A stretch of 39,063 nt of DNA from the NCBI GenBank assembly GCA_028711675.1, contig JAQTRT010000002.1, positions 1-39,063 on the forward strand. Reading direction: 5' to 3'. Source of the DNA: a bacterium (GTDB lineage Bacteria > Spirochaetota > JAHITG01). This document shows positions 16,142-23,510 of the stretch, in pieces (position 1 is the stretch's first letter; every line of letters starts with the position of its first letter). Both the position numbers and the translations under genes were made by a program. Below the pieces are notes generated by a model. That model searched no databases and was not told the origin of the DNA. It saw nothing but the letters and a program-made list of their open reading frames with translations.

Positions 16142-16959
16142 TTGAATATGACCTGCATATCCATTCTTCTGTCTCCGACGGCACGCTCACCCCGCGCCAG
16201 ATCATCGATACCGCCAGGCAAAAAAAACTGAAAGGCGTGGCCATTACCGACCATGACGACATCAGTATCGACGGCATAAAGGAATACGCCGCGGAACAAA
16301 ACATGTTCTACACGTACGGTATCGAATTTTCCACGGATATCCCCAATCTCCATATCCTGGGCTATCAGGTCGATCTTCATTCCCCGGCCCTGAGGGAATT
16401 CCTGGATGAACAGAAGAGCGGACGGGAGAAGGCCATCAGGGAGATGTGTAAAAAGACACGGGCGCTTGGTATACCTGTTGATTTTGAGGAGATCGCCGAG
16501 TCCAGCACAAAGACGCTCGGTCGGCCCCATCTGGCGGAACTGATGGTTAAAAAAGGATATACCAGCAACATCTATGAAGCGTTCCAGAAATACCTTAAGA
16601 ACGGTAAACCGGTTTTCGTGGATTATAAAAAATATAATTTCCTGAAGATCCTGGATATCATCATCAACAGCAAGGGCATCCCTGTCCTGGCGCACCCTGC
16701 CATGCTGAGGCCCGAGCTCTTCTATTCCGTGTTCAGCCAGGCCGTCAAGAACAACCTGGCAGGCCTTGAGGTCTATTACCCGCGCCATTCCCCGGACCAG
16801 AAAAAACGGCTCAAGAAGCTTGCCCGGGAGTATAATCTGATCATCACCGGCGGCTCTGATTTTCACGGTGATATCAAACCTGATATTGAAATCGGAAGTG
16901 ACGGTGTGAACCAGCAGGAATTCGAACGTTTTATTCAGTTATTACAGCAGAAAAAATAA
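16105..16959 (+). CDS. PHP-domain metal-dependent phosphoesterase (TrpH/YciV, RNase AM-like)
   Basis: YDLHIHSSVSDGTLTPRQIIDTARQKKLKGVAITDHDD, then LAHP and GGSDFHG. The only in-frame start gives a 37-nt overlap with the DHH gene. Confidence 0.8.
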   Translation: MVQPEKSSTGHLVEYDLHIHSSVSDGTLTPRQIIDTARQKKLKGVAITDHDDISIDGIKEYAAEQNMFYTYGIEFSTDIPNLHILGYQVDLHSPALREFLDEQKSGREKAIREMCKKTRALGIPVDFEEIAESSTKTLGRPHLAELMVKKGYTSNIYEAFQKYLKNGKPVFVDYKKYNFLKILDIIINSKGIPVLAHPAMLRPELFYSVFSQAVKNNLAGLEVYYPRHSPDQKKRLKKLAREYNLIITGGSDFHGDIKPDIEIGSDGVNQQEFERFIQLLQQKK

Positions 16960-17008
16960 TCGTGAAAGAGATCAGTTAAGACCTGTGCCGTGCTTTTAAC
17001 ATCCCGGA

Positions 17009-17254
17009 TCAGACGACTTCAATGACCTTCCGGCCTCTGGCGCTGCGGAAAACAAGAACCCCGTCCTTCTTGGCAAAAAGGGTTTTATCCCTGCCCATAC
17101 CCACATTGATGCCGGGTAAAAATTTCGTCCCCTTCTGGCGTACGATGATGTTGCCGGACCGTACTTTCTGGCCGCCGAACAGTTTTACGCCGAGATATTT
17201 AGGATTACTGTCCCTGCCGTTCTTGCAGGAACCTTGACCTTTTTTATGCGCCAT
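17009..17254 (-). CDS. rpmA: 50S ribosomal protein L27
   Basis: [31 protein letters not shown]...[29 protein letters not shown] lies 6 nt upstream of the ATG. There is no in-frame upstream start before the preceding stop at 17309-17311. Confidence 0.95.
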   Translation of the reverse strand: MAHKKGQGSCKNGRDSNPKYLGVKLFGGQKVRSGNIIVRQKGTKFLPGINVGMGRDKTLFAKKDGVLVFRSARGRKVIEVV

Positions 17255-17624
17255 GTTTTTCCTCCGTGTCTGTATTGCTGATATCGATATGTCCCGGATA
17301 TTCCCTGATCATCTCTTCCAGGGTCCGTAATAAAGTCCGGAACAATAACTCGCTCTTCCCGTCCGGCTTATCTTTTAATTTGCATTCCATGAAGCCGGCT
17401 TCATCCGTCCGGAATTCGATCCTGCGGCCTTCGATGCGGCCCAGGCCGATCACCGTCATATAGGATACGGCCGAGACCGCGGAGCAGATATAATCCTTCT
17501 GCCCCGTGCTTTTTAAAAACAGATACCGCAACCTGCCCTTTATCCCGCGATAAAGGTCCGAATGTCCTGTTATTTTAAAACCGATTATTTTTTGCCGGTG
17601 ATAAATAAAATCCGCATGGATCAT
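17244..17624 (-). CDS. prp: Ribosomal-processing cysteine protease Prp homolog (DUF464/YsxB family)
   Basis: Occupies the canonical position between rplU and rpmA. The conserved His (KITGHSD) and Cys ([18 protein letters not shown]) contexts are present. The spacer between His and Cys looks longer than in the Firmicute Prp I recall. Confidence 0.7.
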   Translation of the reverse strand: MIHADFIYHRQKIIGFKITGHSDLYRGIKGRLRYLFLKSTGQKDYICSAVSAVSYMTVIGLGRIEGRRIEFRTDEAGFMECKLKDKPDGKSELLFRTLLRTLEEMIREYPGHIDISNTDTEEKHGA

Positions 17625-17935
17625 CAGGCTATTTTAATATCTTTGATCTTAATGACCGTATAAGGCTGCCGGTGTCCGGTCTTTCTCTTATATCCTTTTC
17701 TCCGTTTGTATTTAAAGATGATGATCTTTTTCCCTTTGATATCTTCGACCACTTCAGCGTCCACTTCCGCGTTCGCGATATACGGTTTGCCGATCACGGT
17801 CTGTTTATCATCTTTATACAGGAGAACATTCTTGATCTTCAGCTTTTTTTCGCCGGTGTTGAGCTTGTCAACGGTGATCTCCTCATCCTTCCTCACCAGA
17901 TACTGGTTCTTATTCAACTCAATGACTGCGTACAT
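17624..17935 (-). CDS. rplU: 50S ribosomal protein L21
   Basis: MYAVIELNKNQYLVRKDEEITVDKL...IIFKYKRRKGYKRKTGHRQPYT. Confidence 0.95.
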   Translation of the reverse strand: MYAVIELNKNQYLVRKDEEITVDKLNTGEKKLKIKNVLLYKDDKQTVIGKPYIANAEVDAEVVEDIKGKKIIIFKYKRRKGYKRKTGHRQPYTVIKIKDIKIA

Positions 17936-17964
17936 GGAACAAACCTCCTGATTTTACCGCTCGT

Positions 17965-18711
17965 TTACCACTCGTCGGATATTTCCAATCCGGGATAAGT
18001 CTTGGCATACTGGTCCAGTAATGCTTCCACCTGATCGATATAGACATAAAATGTTTTATGCTGTTCGTCCGCAAACTGCGAAGGAATGCAGGTTACCTGA
18101 AATCCGGCAAGCTCGATCACTTTTCTCTGCGGATACAGGTCGTAATTCTGGGGGATGTAAGACGGGATACTCACCTCACAGTATTTCCATCCCAGAAAAT
18201 CAAGCTTCGAAACGAATACGGGATAATTCCTGCCCAGATAATCTTTCAGGATCAGTTCGAAATCCACGTTCCGGCCGCGGCCGAGGACCCATAAAGCGAT
18301 CTTTTTACAATAACCGTCCATCTGGTAAGACTGCTTGGCTTTCAGGAACACGGAAGCCCTGATCAATTCCGGAAAAGAGACCTTTACGCCCAGGCAGCTG
18401 CTGTTGTCCTTATAATTATCCATCAGGAACCGGCCTGTCTTCAGGCTGCTGAAAACAAGGCTGGGTTCTGTTTTCTTAAAATATGCCTTTAACTCCGTGG
18501 ATTCGCTCTTCTGTTCGCTGCTTTTCTGCGAAGAAGCGTTCAGATCCCAGTTATTGATCTTACTGAATTCAAAATCATCCACGAGGACCCATCTTTGATA
18601 ATCCAGGGGGGTTACGAATTTCAGCTTTATGTTCTGGTAATCGGTCTGACCAGCCAGGGACATAGTAAAAAACATAATAAAAAGAACGGATAAAACGCAT
18701 TTCATCTTCAT
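17965..18711 (-). CDS. Secreted protein resembling the FlaA (spirochaetal flagellar filament outer-layer protein) family
   Basis: Signal peptide present. The pattern VLVDDFEFSKINNWDLNASS ... IALWVLGRGRNVDFELILKDYLGRNYPVFVSKLDFLGWKYCEVSIPSYIPQ ... LAGFQVTC...FYVYIDQVEALLDQY parallels the FlaA layout as I recall it (VLIDFSKL, W.V.LNSS, ..D..G....Y.MG.L.F..WKEL....P.YI, F.GF.V, Y..YFKDV.I.YD). This is memory-based only. Confidence 0.45.
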   Translation of the reverse strand: MKMKCVLSVLFIMFFTMSLAGQTDYQNIKLKFVTPLDYQRWVLVDDFEFSKINNWDLNASSQKSSEQKSESTELKAYFKKTEPSLVFSSLKTGRFLMDNYKDNSSCLGVKVSFPELIRASVFLKAKQSYQMDGYCKKIALWVLGRGRNVDFELILKDYLGRNYPVFVSKLDFLGWKYCEVSIPSYIPQNYDLYPQRKVIELAGFQVTCIPSQFADEQHKTFYVYIDQVEALLDQYAKTYPGLEISDEW

Positions 18712-18744
18712 AAATATTCTCCATGAAAAACGAAATTTCTATAG

Positions 18745-18772
18745 ATGATAATATAATTAATTCAATTGTCAA
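18745..18772 (-). promoter_or_regulatory. Promoter for the FlaA-like gene (and probably rplU-prp-rpmA): TTGACA-N16-TATCAT
   Basis: On the minus strand, a perfect -35 sits at 18767-18772 and the -10 at 18745-18750. GGAG lies 8 nt before the ATG at 18711. Confidence 0.4.
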
Positions 18773-18783
18773 GTAAAAGGTGA

Positions 18784-19968
18784 TTAAAAATAATACCTTA
18801 TACCCAGACTGATATCCAGGCCATTGGCCGAATAATCATTGATGAACCAGTGGAAAAAATCCACCTGGCAGAGGAATCCCAGCTGGTTGAACCTGATCCT
18901 CGTATTCCCGATATAGAAAAGGCCCGGATATACGGTATATTCAATGCCGGCCCCAGCCTGGAGAACCGCATTAATGGAGGAGGAAGACTCTTTCTCCGTT
19001 CCCAGGCCGGAATAATAGGTATGGATCAGGCCGGCCCCTGCTCCTATTGAAACAAAAGGCGAGAGACGGTTGATGCGCGTATCAAAACGAAAAATAAAAC
19101 TAAAAATAACGGGCAAATAAGTATTGTAGGTATACTTTTTTAAAGGATCATCTTCAGCACCGGATTGAAGGGAAGGGATAAGCATAAGGTCGATCTGATT
19201 GTAGAGGTTACGGACCCCCCAGATGGGGAGTCTGAAAAGCAGATTAATATCATGGCTCCAGCCATTCTCGGACCGTTTTCCCATCTCCCCCAGTCCCATG
19301 AAATAGCCCGGTCTGTATCCCAGAGCCCAGGACTGGACCCTCTGTTCATAGGGATTCAGCCATTTGAACTCTTTTTTTTCTTTCAGCGTGGGTTCGGAAT
19401 AATCTCCTTTCTCAATGGTAGCCACCAGGGTCTCGCTCACATATTTAAGGCATCCTTTCATGCCGGATGTCCACAATATGGCCTTGCTCCTGCTCTCCAC
19501 GAGAAAGAACGTTATATCAATATAACTTGTTTCAAAATCCTTGCCTTCGTAAAAACGGGCGATCTTGCCGTACAGGTACGCGTCCATGGTCTTGACCGGA
19601 GTCTGGGAGGTCTCTATCCGGTTCTTGATTTTTTTCTCGTCATATTCAGGAATATATTTTCCCCGCTGAACGGAAAGGCTGTCCTCCTCTGTCTGGCTTA
19701 ATTTCTCATCAGCATCCGCGATCTGGACCTTGTTCAGCCTGTAAAACCTGTCCAACAGGGACTGGTGGAACCGTTCGCTTATCTCCAGATAATCCACAAG
19801 TTCAGCACGGCCGGAATTGACCAGCTTGGCATCAAAATGAAAAAGGGCAAGGGATTTAATGTTCTGTATCCGGTTATCCGGAAGGACATCTGTTTCAATG
19901 AGGGGTTCGGAAAAAAGTGCAGGAGTGAATAGAAAAAAAAGAAAGATTATTTTTTTCATCATAATCAA
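18784..19968 (-). CDS. Outer-membrane protein: N-terminal periplasmic domain plus C-terminal beta-barrel
   Basis: Signal peptide (KKIIFLFFLFTPALFS). The C-terminal half has alternating aromatic/Gly-rich strands and ends in GIRYYF, the terminal-Phe signature of outer-membrane proteins. Confidence 0.45.
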   Translation of the reverse strand: MIMMKKIIFLFFLFTPALFSEPLIETDVLPDNRIQNIKSLALFHFDAKLVNSGRAELVDYLEISERFHQSLLDRFYRLNKVQIADADEKLSQTEEDSLSVQRGKYIPEYDEKKIKNRIETSQTPVKTMDAYLYGKIARFYEGKDFETSYIDITFFLVESRSKAILWTSGMKGCLKYVSETLVATIEKGDYSEPTLKEKKEFKWLNPYEQRVQSWALGYRPGYFMGLGEMGKRSENGWSHDINLLFRLPIWGVRNLYNQIDLMLIPSLQSGAEDDPLKKYTYNTYLPVIFSFIFRFDTRINRLSPFVSIGAGAGLIHTYYSGLGTEKESSSSINAVLQAGAGIEYTVYPGLFYIGNTRIRFNQLGFLCQVDFFHWFINDYSANGLDISLGIRYYF

Positions 19969-20046
19969 GAAAAACAGGGGAAGGGAGGATGGGAACGGAA
20001 GGGAACAGGAAAGGATTAACTCCCCTGTTCCCGTTATCCGTTTCTA

Positions 20047-20505
20047 TTATTCAAAACCAGCTTCTGCCATTTTTTTCAGGCCTTTTTTCTCGATCCTGTA
20101 AACGACCGAGCAGTTATCTTCTTCGTCATATGTGGTCTTGACGATATTACCGCCTTTTCCGTAGCCGTCAATGGTCTTTAAGGCCACTTCACCCAGGCCG
20201 ACACCGGATTCAGCGCCGCCCTTGGCTTTTAAGGCGTATCCCTTAAAGAGTTCCATGGCTCTTGTCTGAGCCTTTAACAAAGCTCCTTCTTTGGCTCTGT
20301 TCCTCTTGATAACTTTTTTCGCGTTCTCCAGCTCCTCGGGATAGGTTCCTTCAGCTATAACCTGGAACGTATCATCATCCAGAAAACCTTCTGTCTGATA
20401 ATCGTCTCCTTTAATATAGGATTCTGTTCCGGGTTCGGAACCGCAGCCTACCATAAAGGAAAGAAGAGCACCAGCAAACAGGAAGAAAAGTATTTTCTTG
20501 CTCAT
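20047..20505 (-). CDS. Small lipoprotein, LPP20/FlgP-like
   Basis: Lipobox LSFMVGC. ATG 20505 lies 8 nt downstream of GGAGG. The helical segment RNRAKEGALLKAQTRAMELFKGYAL fits the LPP20-type pattern. The family call is weak. Confidence 0.4.
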   Translation of the reverse strand: MSKKILFFLFAGALLSFMVGCGSEPGTESYIKGDDYQTEGFLDDDTFQVIAEGTYPEELENAKKVIKRNRAKEGALLKAQTRAMELFKGYALKAKGGAESGVGLGEVALKTIDGYGKGGNIVKTTYDEEDNCSVVYRIEKKGLKKMAEAGFE

Positions 20506-20527
20506 GGAATTCACCTCCTTTTATTAT

Positions 20528-21757
20528 TTATTTATTCACAACGCTCACTGAGACAAGACCGAAATCATACTTTAATACGTTCACCTGATAAGGAAATGTT
20601 TCTTTGGTGGTCAGGGCAGTGGCCAGGTCCCTCGGTGTGCCCAGGAATTTTACAGTGAAAACGGATTGGTTCCCTTTTTTCTGTTTGGAATAAACCTCTT
20701 TCACCTCCCGGAAATAGCTCTTCAGGTCCTTGGAAAATTTCAGTTCTGCGGTCAGGGTAAGGCCGCTGGCATAAAGAGTGATAAGATTGCCGTTGTTCAG
20801 GATGTCCTCCCAGGCTGTGAGGATCTGGTTGACCAGGTCGTCCGCCGCCATCTCCGAGGCTTTCTGGATGGCGTTGATACCGCCTGTGGCATTGTTGATA
20901 TGAACCGCTGCTCCGTGTTTGGTGGAAGTGGCTATGATGCGGCCGTCGCCTACGTTCACGACCTTAAAATCCATGTCTGCCTGGAATGATTTCATCTGCG
21001 TGGAATACGCGCTGAGAGCGCCTTCGGCCTCCTTGCTGAACCCTTTGCCCACAATGACCACATCCGCGTTCACTTCAGTCCCCAGTTTTCCGGCTGCAGA
21101 AATGAACTCGTTCTCATCCCCTTCAATGGAGGAATAAAGACCGGATATCAGTTTCTTGTATTCAGCTCCCACATCGGAAGGGCTGATGATGGTAAATTTC
21201 TTCTCGGTGAATTTTTTTACCAGGACATTATAGGACGCATTCTGCTTGGACTCCTGGCCTAAATTTTTCTCATTGATGAAAATGATCACCTTGGGCATGC
21301 TCATGCGGTGCTGCATGATGTCCAGAGCCATCACGTCATCCTTCAGTTTCTGCAAACCCACCACGGCCGTCACCGTGACATAAGCCACGCCGTCATCTAT
21401 TTTCTTCGACTTGATCTCATACTTCTTAATATAGCCCTGTTTCTTGGCATAGATATTCTCTTCCAGGATCACTCCGCTCTCTCCCAGGATACGGGCGTCG
21501 ATGATGGTACCCAGAGCCTGCTCAATGCATTTCCGCAGCGCATTCTCAATGGCTCTGTCGTACGCTTCATCTTTTCCCGCTGAGCGCACCTCAGCCATGC
21601 CTTCCGCGGTCTCTGTTTTTGTCCCCTGTCCGCCGATCTGGTCGGCGCTGCCGAACGAAAACTCATCATCTTTTTTCTGTTTTTCGCTGCTGGCGCAGGA
21701 AATAAACCCGAAAACCATCATGATAATCACCATTTTTATGATCAGGGCTCTTTTCAT
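20528..21757 (-). CDS. Lipoprotein with an LPP20/FlgT-N-like N-terminal domain
   Basis: Lipobox GFISC. The segment AEGMAEVRSAGKDEAYDRAIENALRKCIEQALGTIIDARIL fits the LPP20/FlgT_N-like pattern. GGAG lies 10 nt upstream of the ATG, and only 13 nt separate this gene from the next. The family call is weak. Confidence 0.4.
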   Translation of the reverse strand: MKRALIIKMVIIMMVFGFISCASSEKQKKDDEFSFGSADQIGGQGTKTETAEGMAEVRSAGKDEAYDRAIENALRKCIEQALGTIIDARILGESGVILEENIYAKKQGYIKKYEIKSKKIDDGVAYVTVTAVVGLQKLKDDVMALDIMQHRMSMPKVIIFINEKNLGQESKQNASYNVLVKKFTEKKFTIISPSDVGAEYKKLISGLYSSIEGDENEFISAAGKLGTEVNADVVIVGKGFSKEAEGALSAYSTQMKSFQADMDFKVVNVGDGRIIATSTKHGAAVHINNATGGINAIQKASEMAADDLVNQILTAWEDILNNGNLITLYASGLTLTAELKFSKDLKSYFREVKEVYSKQKKGNQSVFTVKFLGTPRDLATALTTKETFPYQVNVLKYDFGLVSVSVVNK

Positions 21758-21807
21758 AATATTGATCTCCTTGATTGTTTAATGAACATTGACAGGCATA
21801 TCCATAC

Positions 21808-21835
21808 AGTATATCCCGTTTTACTTTAAAGTCAA
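21808..21835 (-). promoter_or_regulatory. Promoter for the lipoprotein operon: TTGACT-N16-TATACT
   Basis: On the minus strand, -35 is at 21830-21835 and -10 at 21808-21813. It lies between structured element A and the 21757 start. Confidence 0.4.
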
Positions 21836-21867
21836 GAAAAAAAAGGGTGTGTACTATATAAATACTT

Positions 21868-22011
21868 AAAGGGGTGAAATTGATATTTGTTTTTTTCTCA
21901 TTCTCACGCCCCATCCGTGGGGTGCTGCGAGGGTTCCGCCGGTTTTCACATCCTTGTGAAAACGACGGCTCCACAAACCGAAAAAAAAACAAATATCAAC
22001 TCCACCCCTTT
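21868..22011 (-). ncRNA. Unclassified structured element, copy A (candidate structured RNA, alternatively a MITE-like repeat)
   Basis: Homologous to 28689-28848 in the opposite orientation. A 29-bp closing stem joins 21868-21896 and 21983-22011. Read as minus-strand RNA, its two imperfect positions are G-U wobbles; on the plus strand they would be A-C mismatches. Internal hairpins lie at 21942-21963 and 21905-21924. Confidence 0.45.
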
Positions 22012-22043
22012 TAACAACTTAACTTCTTTTTAAAATATCCCCG

Positions 22044-23510
22044 TTAAACGTTCGTGATCTCGGTCCTGTTCTTCACCTCGTTCAGGTACCGGCCCTTGAG
22101 ACCAAGCTCAAGCTGCAGGTCCTTTATATTATTCCGGTCCAGGCGGTCCACAGGACTTTTTTTATCCACAAAAACCCGCAGCACATAATACTTCAGGGGA
22201 ATATCATTGAACAGATCGTTCTCATCCTGGTCCATGAAGACCTTGTTCTTCTCGTCATACATGGCGATCACCTTGCTGTCATCGTGCTGACGCAGGTCTT
22301 CCCGGCTCCTGAACCGGACCAGGAGATTCTTATTCCGGACATCCACGATGTTCCGGGAAATCACATGGCGTGCACCCAGGACCTTCCGGACTTTCTTTTC
22401 AAGCTCCTCCACGGTAATGATCGCGCCTGCCTCCCTGAAGTGGTAGATAAAATCCTCCTCTTCATATATCTTTTTATAAGGCAGGATACGGCTGTCCAGG
22501 ATCTTCAGCCATTCCTCCGCGAGAGCCCGTTTGGTCCTGTTCTTCTCCCGGGACCAGTTCCGGATCCGGGTATTCAAACTGAAATCATCCAGGAAAAGGA
22601 ACTGATCGAGCTTCTTGTACACATCGCCCAGTTTCATGAGCCTGAAGGTATCCGGGATGAGCCCGCCGAACGATTTTTCCAGAACATCTTTATTCTCGTT
22701 GTAATAAATATTCTTGAACAAATTGAACCTTGTGGTCAGAAAAGCCCTCAGGACCGGCAGAGCGGCCCGTGTGAGGGTCAGGCCGTTCGGACTGAGGAAA
22801 GACTGGTCGATGAGCCTTTTATAACTGATCTCGCCTACCTCCTTAAGCCCGGAAAAATATTTATCCCTCAGGAGGAAGTCGATGGAATCCACGCTGTATA
22901 CGCCGAACATGATCTTGGAGAACACCTGTTCCCAGACCTGGTAATTCCTGTAATCAGAAGGGAGTTTGATGAATTTAACGATCAACGCAGGTTCGATCCG
23001 CTGTTCAAACGGTCCGGAGGGCGAGATGCGGATCTTCCGGATAAGGTCGCCCAGTTCCTCTGTGATGATCTTGGCCGAGATATCCTCATGGGTCTTACGG
23101 TAATATTTATAAAGGTAAATATCATCGATCAGATGGCCCATGGGCGAATGGCCGATATCATGGAGAAGGCCGGCCAGCCGGAAGACCTCGATCACATGAT
23201 TCTTTTCCGGTATAGATTCATGGGGAAAAGCCTGCTTGAAAAAAGGATAAAGGTGGCCGGCCATTTCACCGGCCAGGTGCATGGCACCCAGGGAATGGAG
23301 GAACCGGGTATGGACCGCGTTGGGGAAGACCAGCCAGGAGGCCTGGAGCTGCAGGATCCGGCGCAGGCGCTGCACCCAGGGAGAATCGATGATATTCTTC
23401 TCCGCGACGATCTTATCGCCGTTCGACCTGGTAAAGCCGATATAATCGTAGATCACGTCCTGGATCCATTGGATATTATTATTCATACTGTATTCCGCTC
23501 TCCCGTGCAT
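22044..23510 (-). CDS. HD-domain dNTP triphosphohydrolase-like protein (SAMHD1/dGTPase-like)
   Basis: RLRRILQLQASWLVFPNAVHTRFLHSLGAMHLAG and LLHDIGHSPMGH supply the H...HD...D ligand set in the SAMHD1/EF1143-type context. The start ATG overlaps the ssnA stop (TGATG). Confidence 0.8.
   Translation of the reverse strand: MHGRAEYSMNNNIQWIQDVIYDYIGFTRSNGDKIVAEKNIIDSPWVQRLRRILQLQASWLVFPNAVHTRFLHSLGAMHLAGEMAGHLYPFFKQAFPHESIPEKNHVIEVFRLAGLLHDIGHSPMGHLIDDIYLYKYYRKTHEDISAKIITEELGDLIRKIRISPSGPFEQRIEPALIVKFIKLPSDYRNYQVWEQVFSKIMFGVYSVDSIDFLLRDKYFSGLKEVGEISYKRLIDQSFLSPNGLTLTRAALPVLRAFLTTRFNLFKNIYYNENKDVLEKSFGGLIPDTFRLMKLGDVYKKLDQFLFLDDFSLNTRIRNWSREKNRTKRALAEEWLKILDSRILPYKKIYEEEDFIYHFREAGAIITVEELEKKVRKVLGARHVISRNIVDVRNKNLLVRFRSREDLRQHDDSKVIAMYDEKNKVFMDQDENDLFNDIPLKYYVLRVFVDKKSPVDRLDRNNIKDLQLELGLKGRYLNEVKNRTEITNV

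Noticed and set aside
19969-20046. G/C-rich complementary segments (AACAGGGGA...TCCCCTGTT and GGGAACAGG...CCTGTTCCC) between the small lipoprotein and OMP genes, considered as a possible terminator or attenuator.
   Set aside because: The alternative pairings are short, have long loops and lack a convincing U-tract on the transcribed strand. I cannot support a specific call.
21666-21992. A 108-aa ORF crossing structured element A. It shares FRFV(E/K)PSFSQ with the 28690-28944 ORF that crosses element B.
   Set aside because: The shared peptide is a by-product of the conserved nucleotide core. Downstream the two translations diverge completely, while the nucleotide changes are pairwise compensatory in hairpins. 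There is no RBS, so RNA/DNA structure explains the conservation better.
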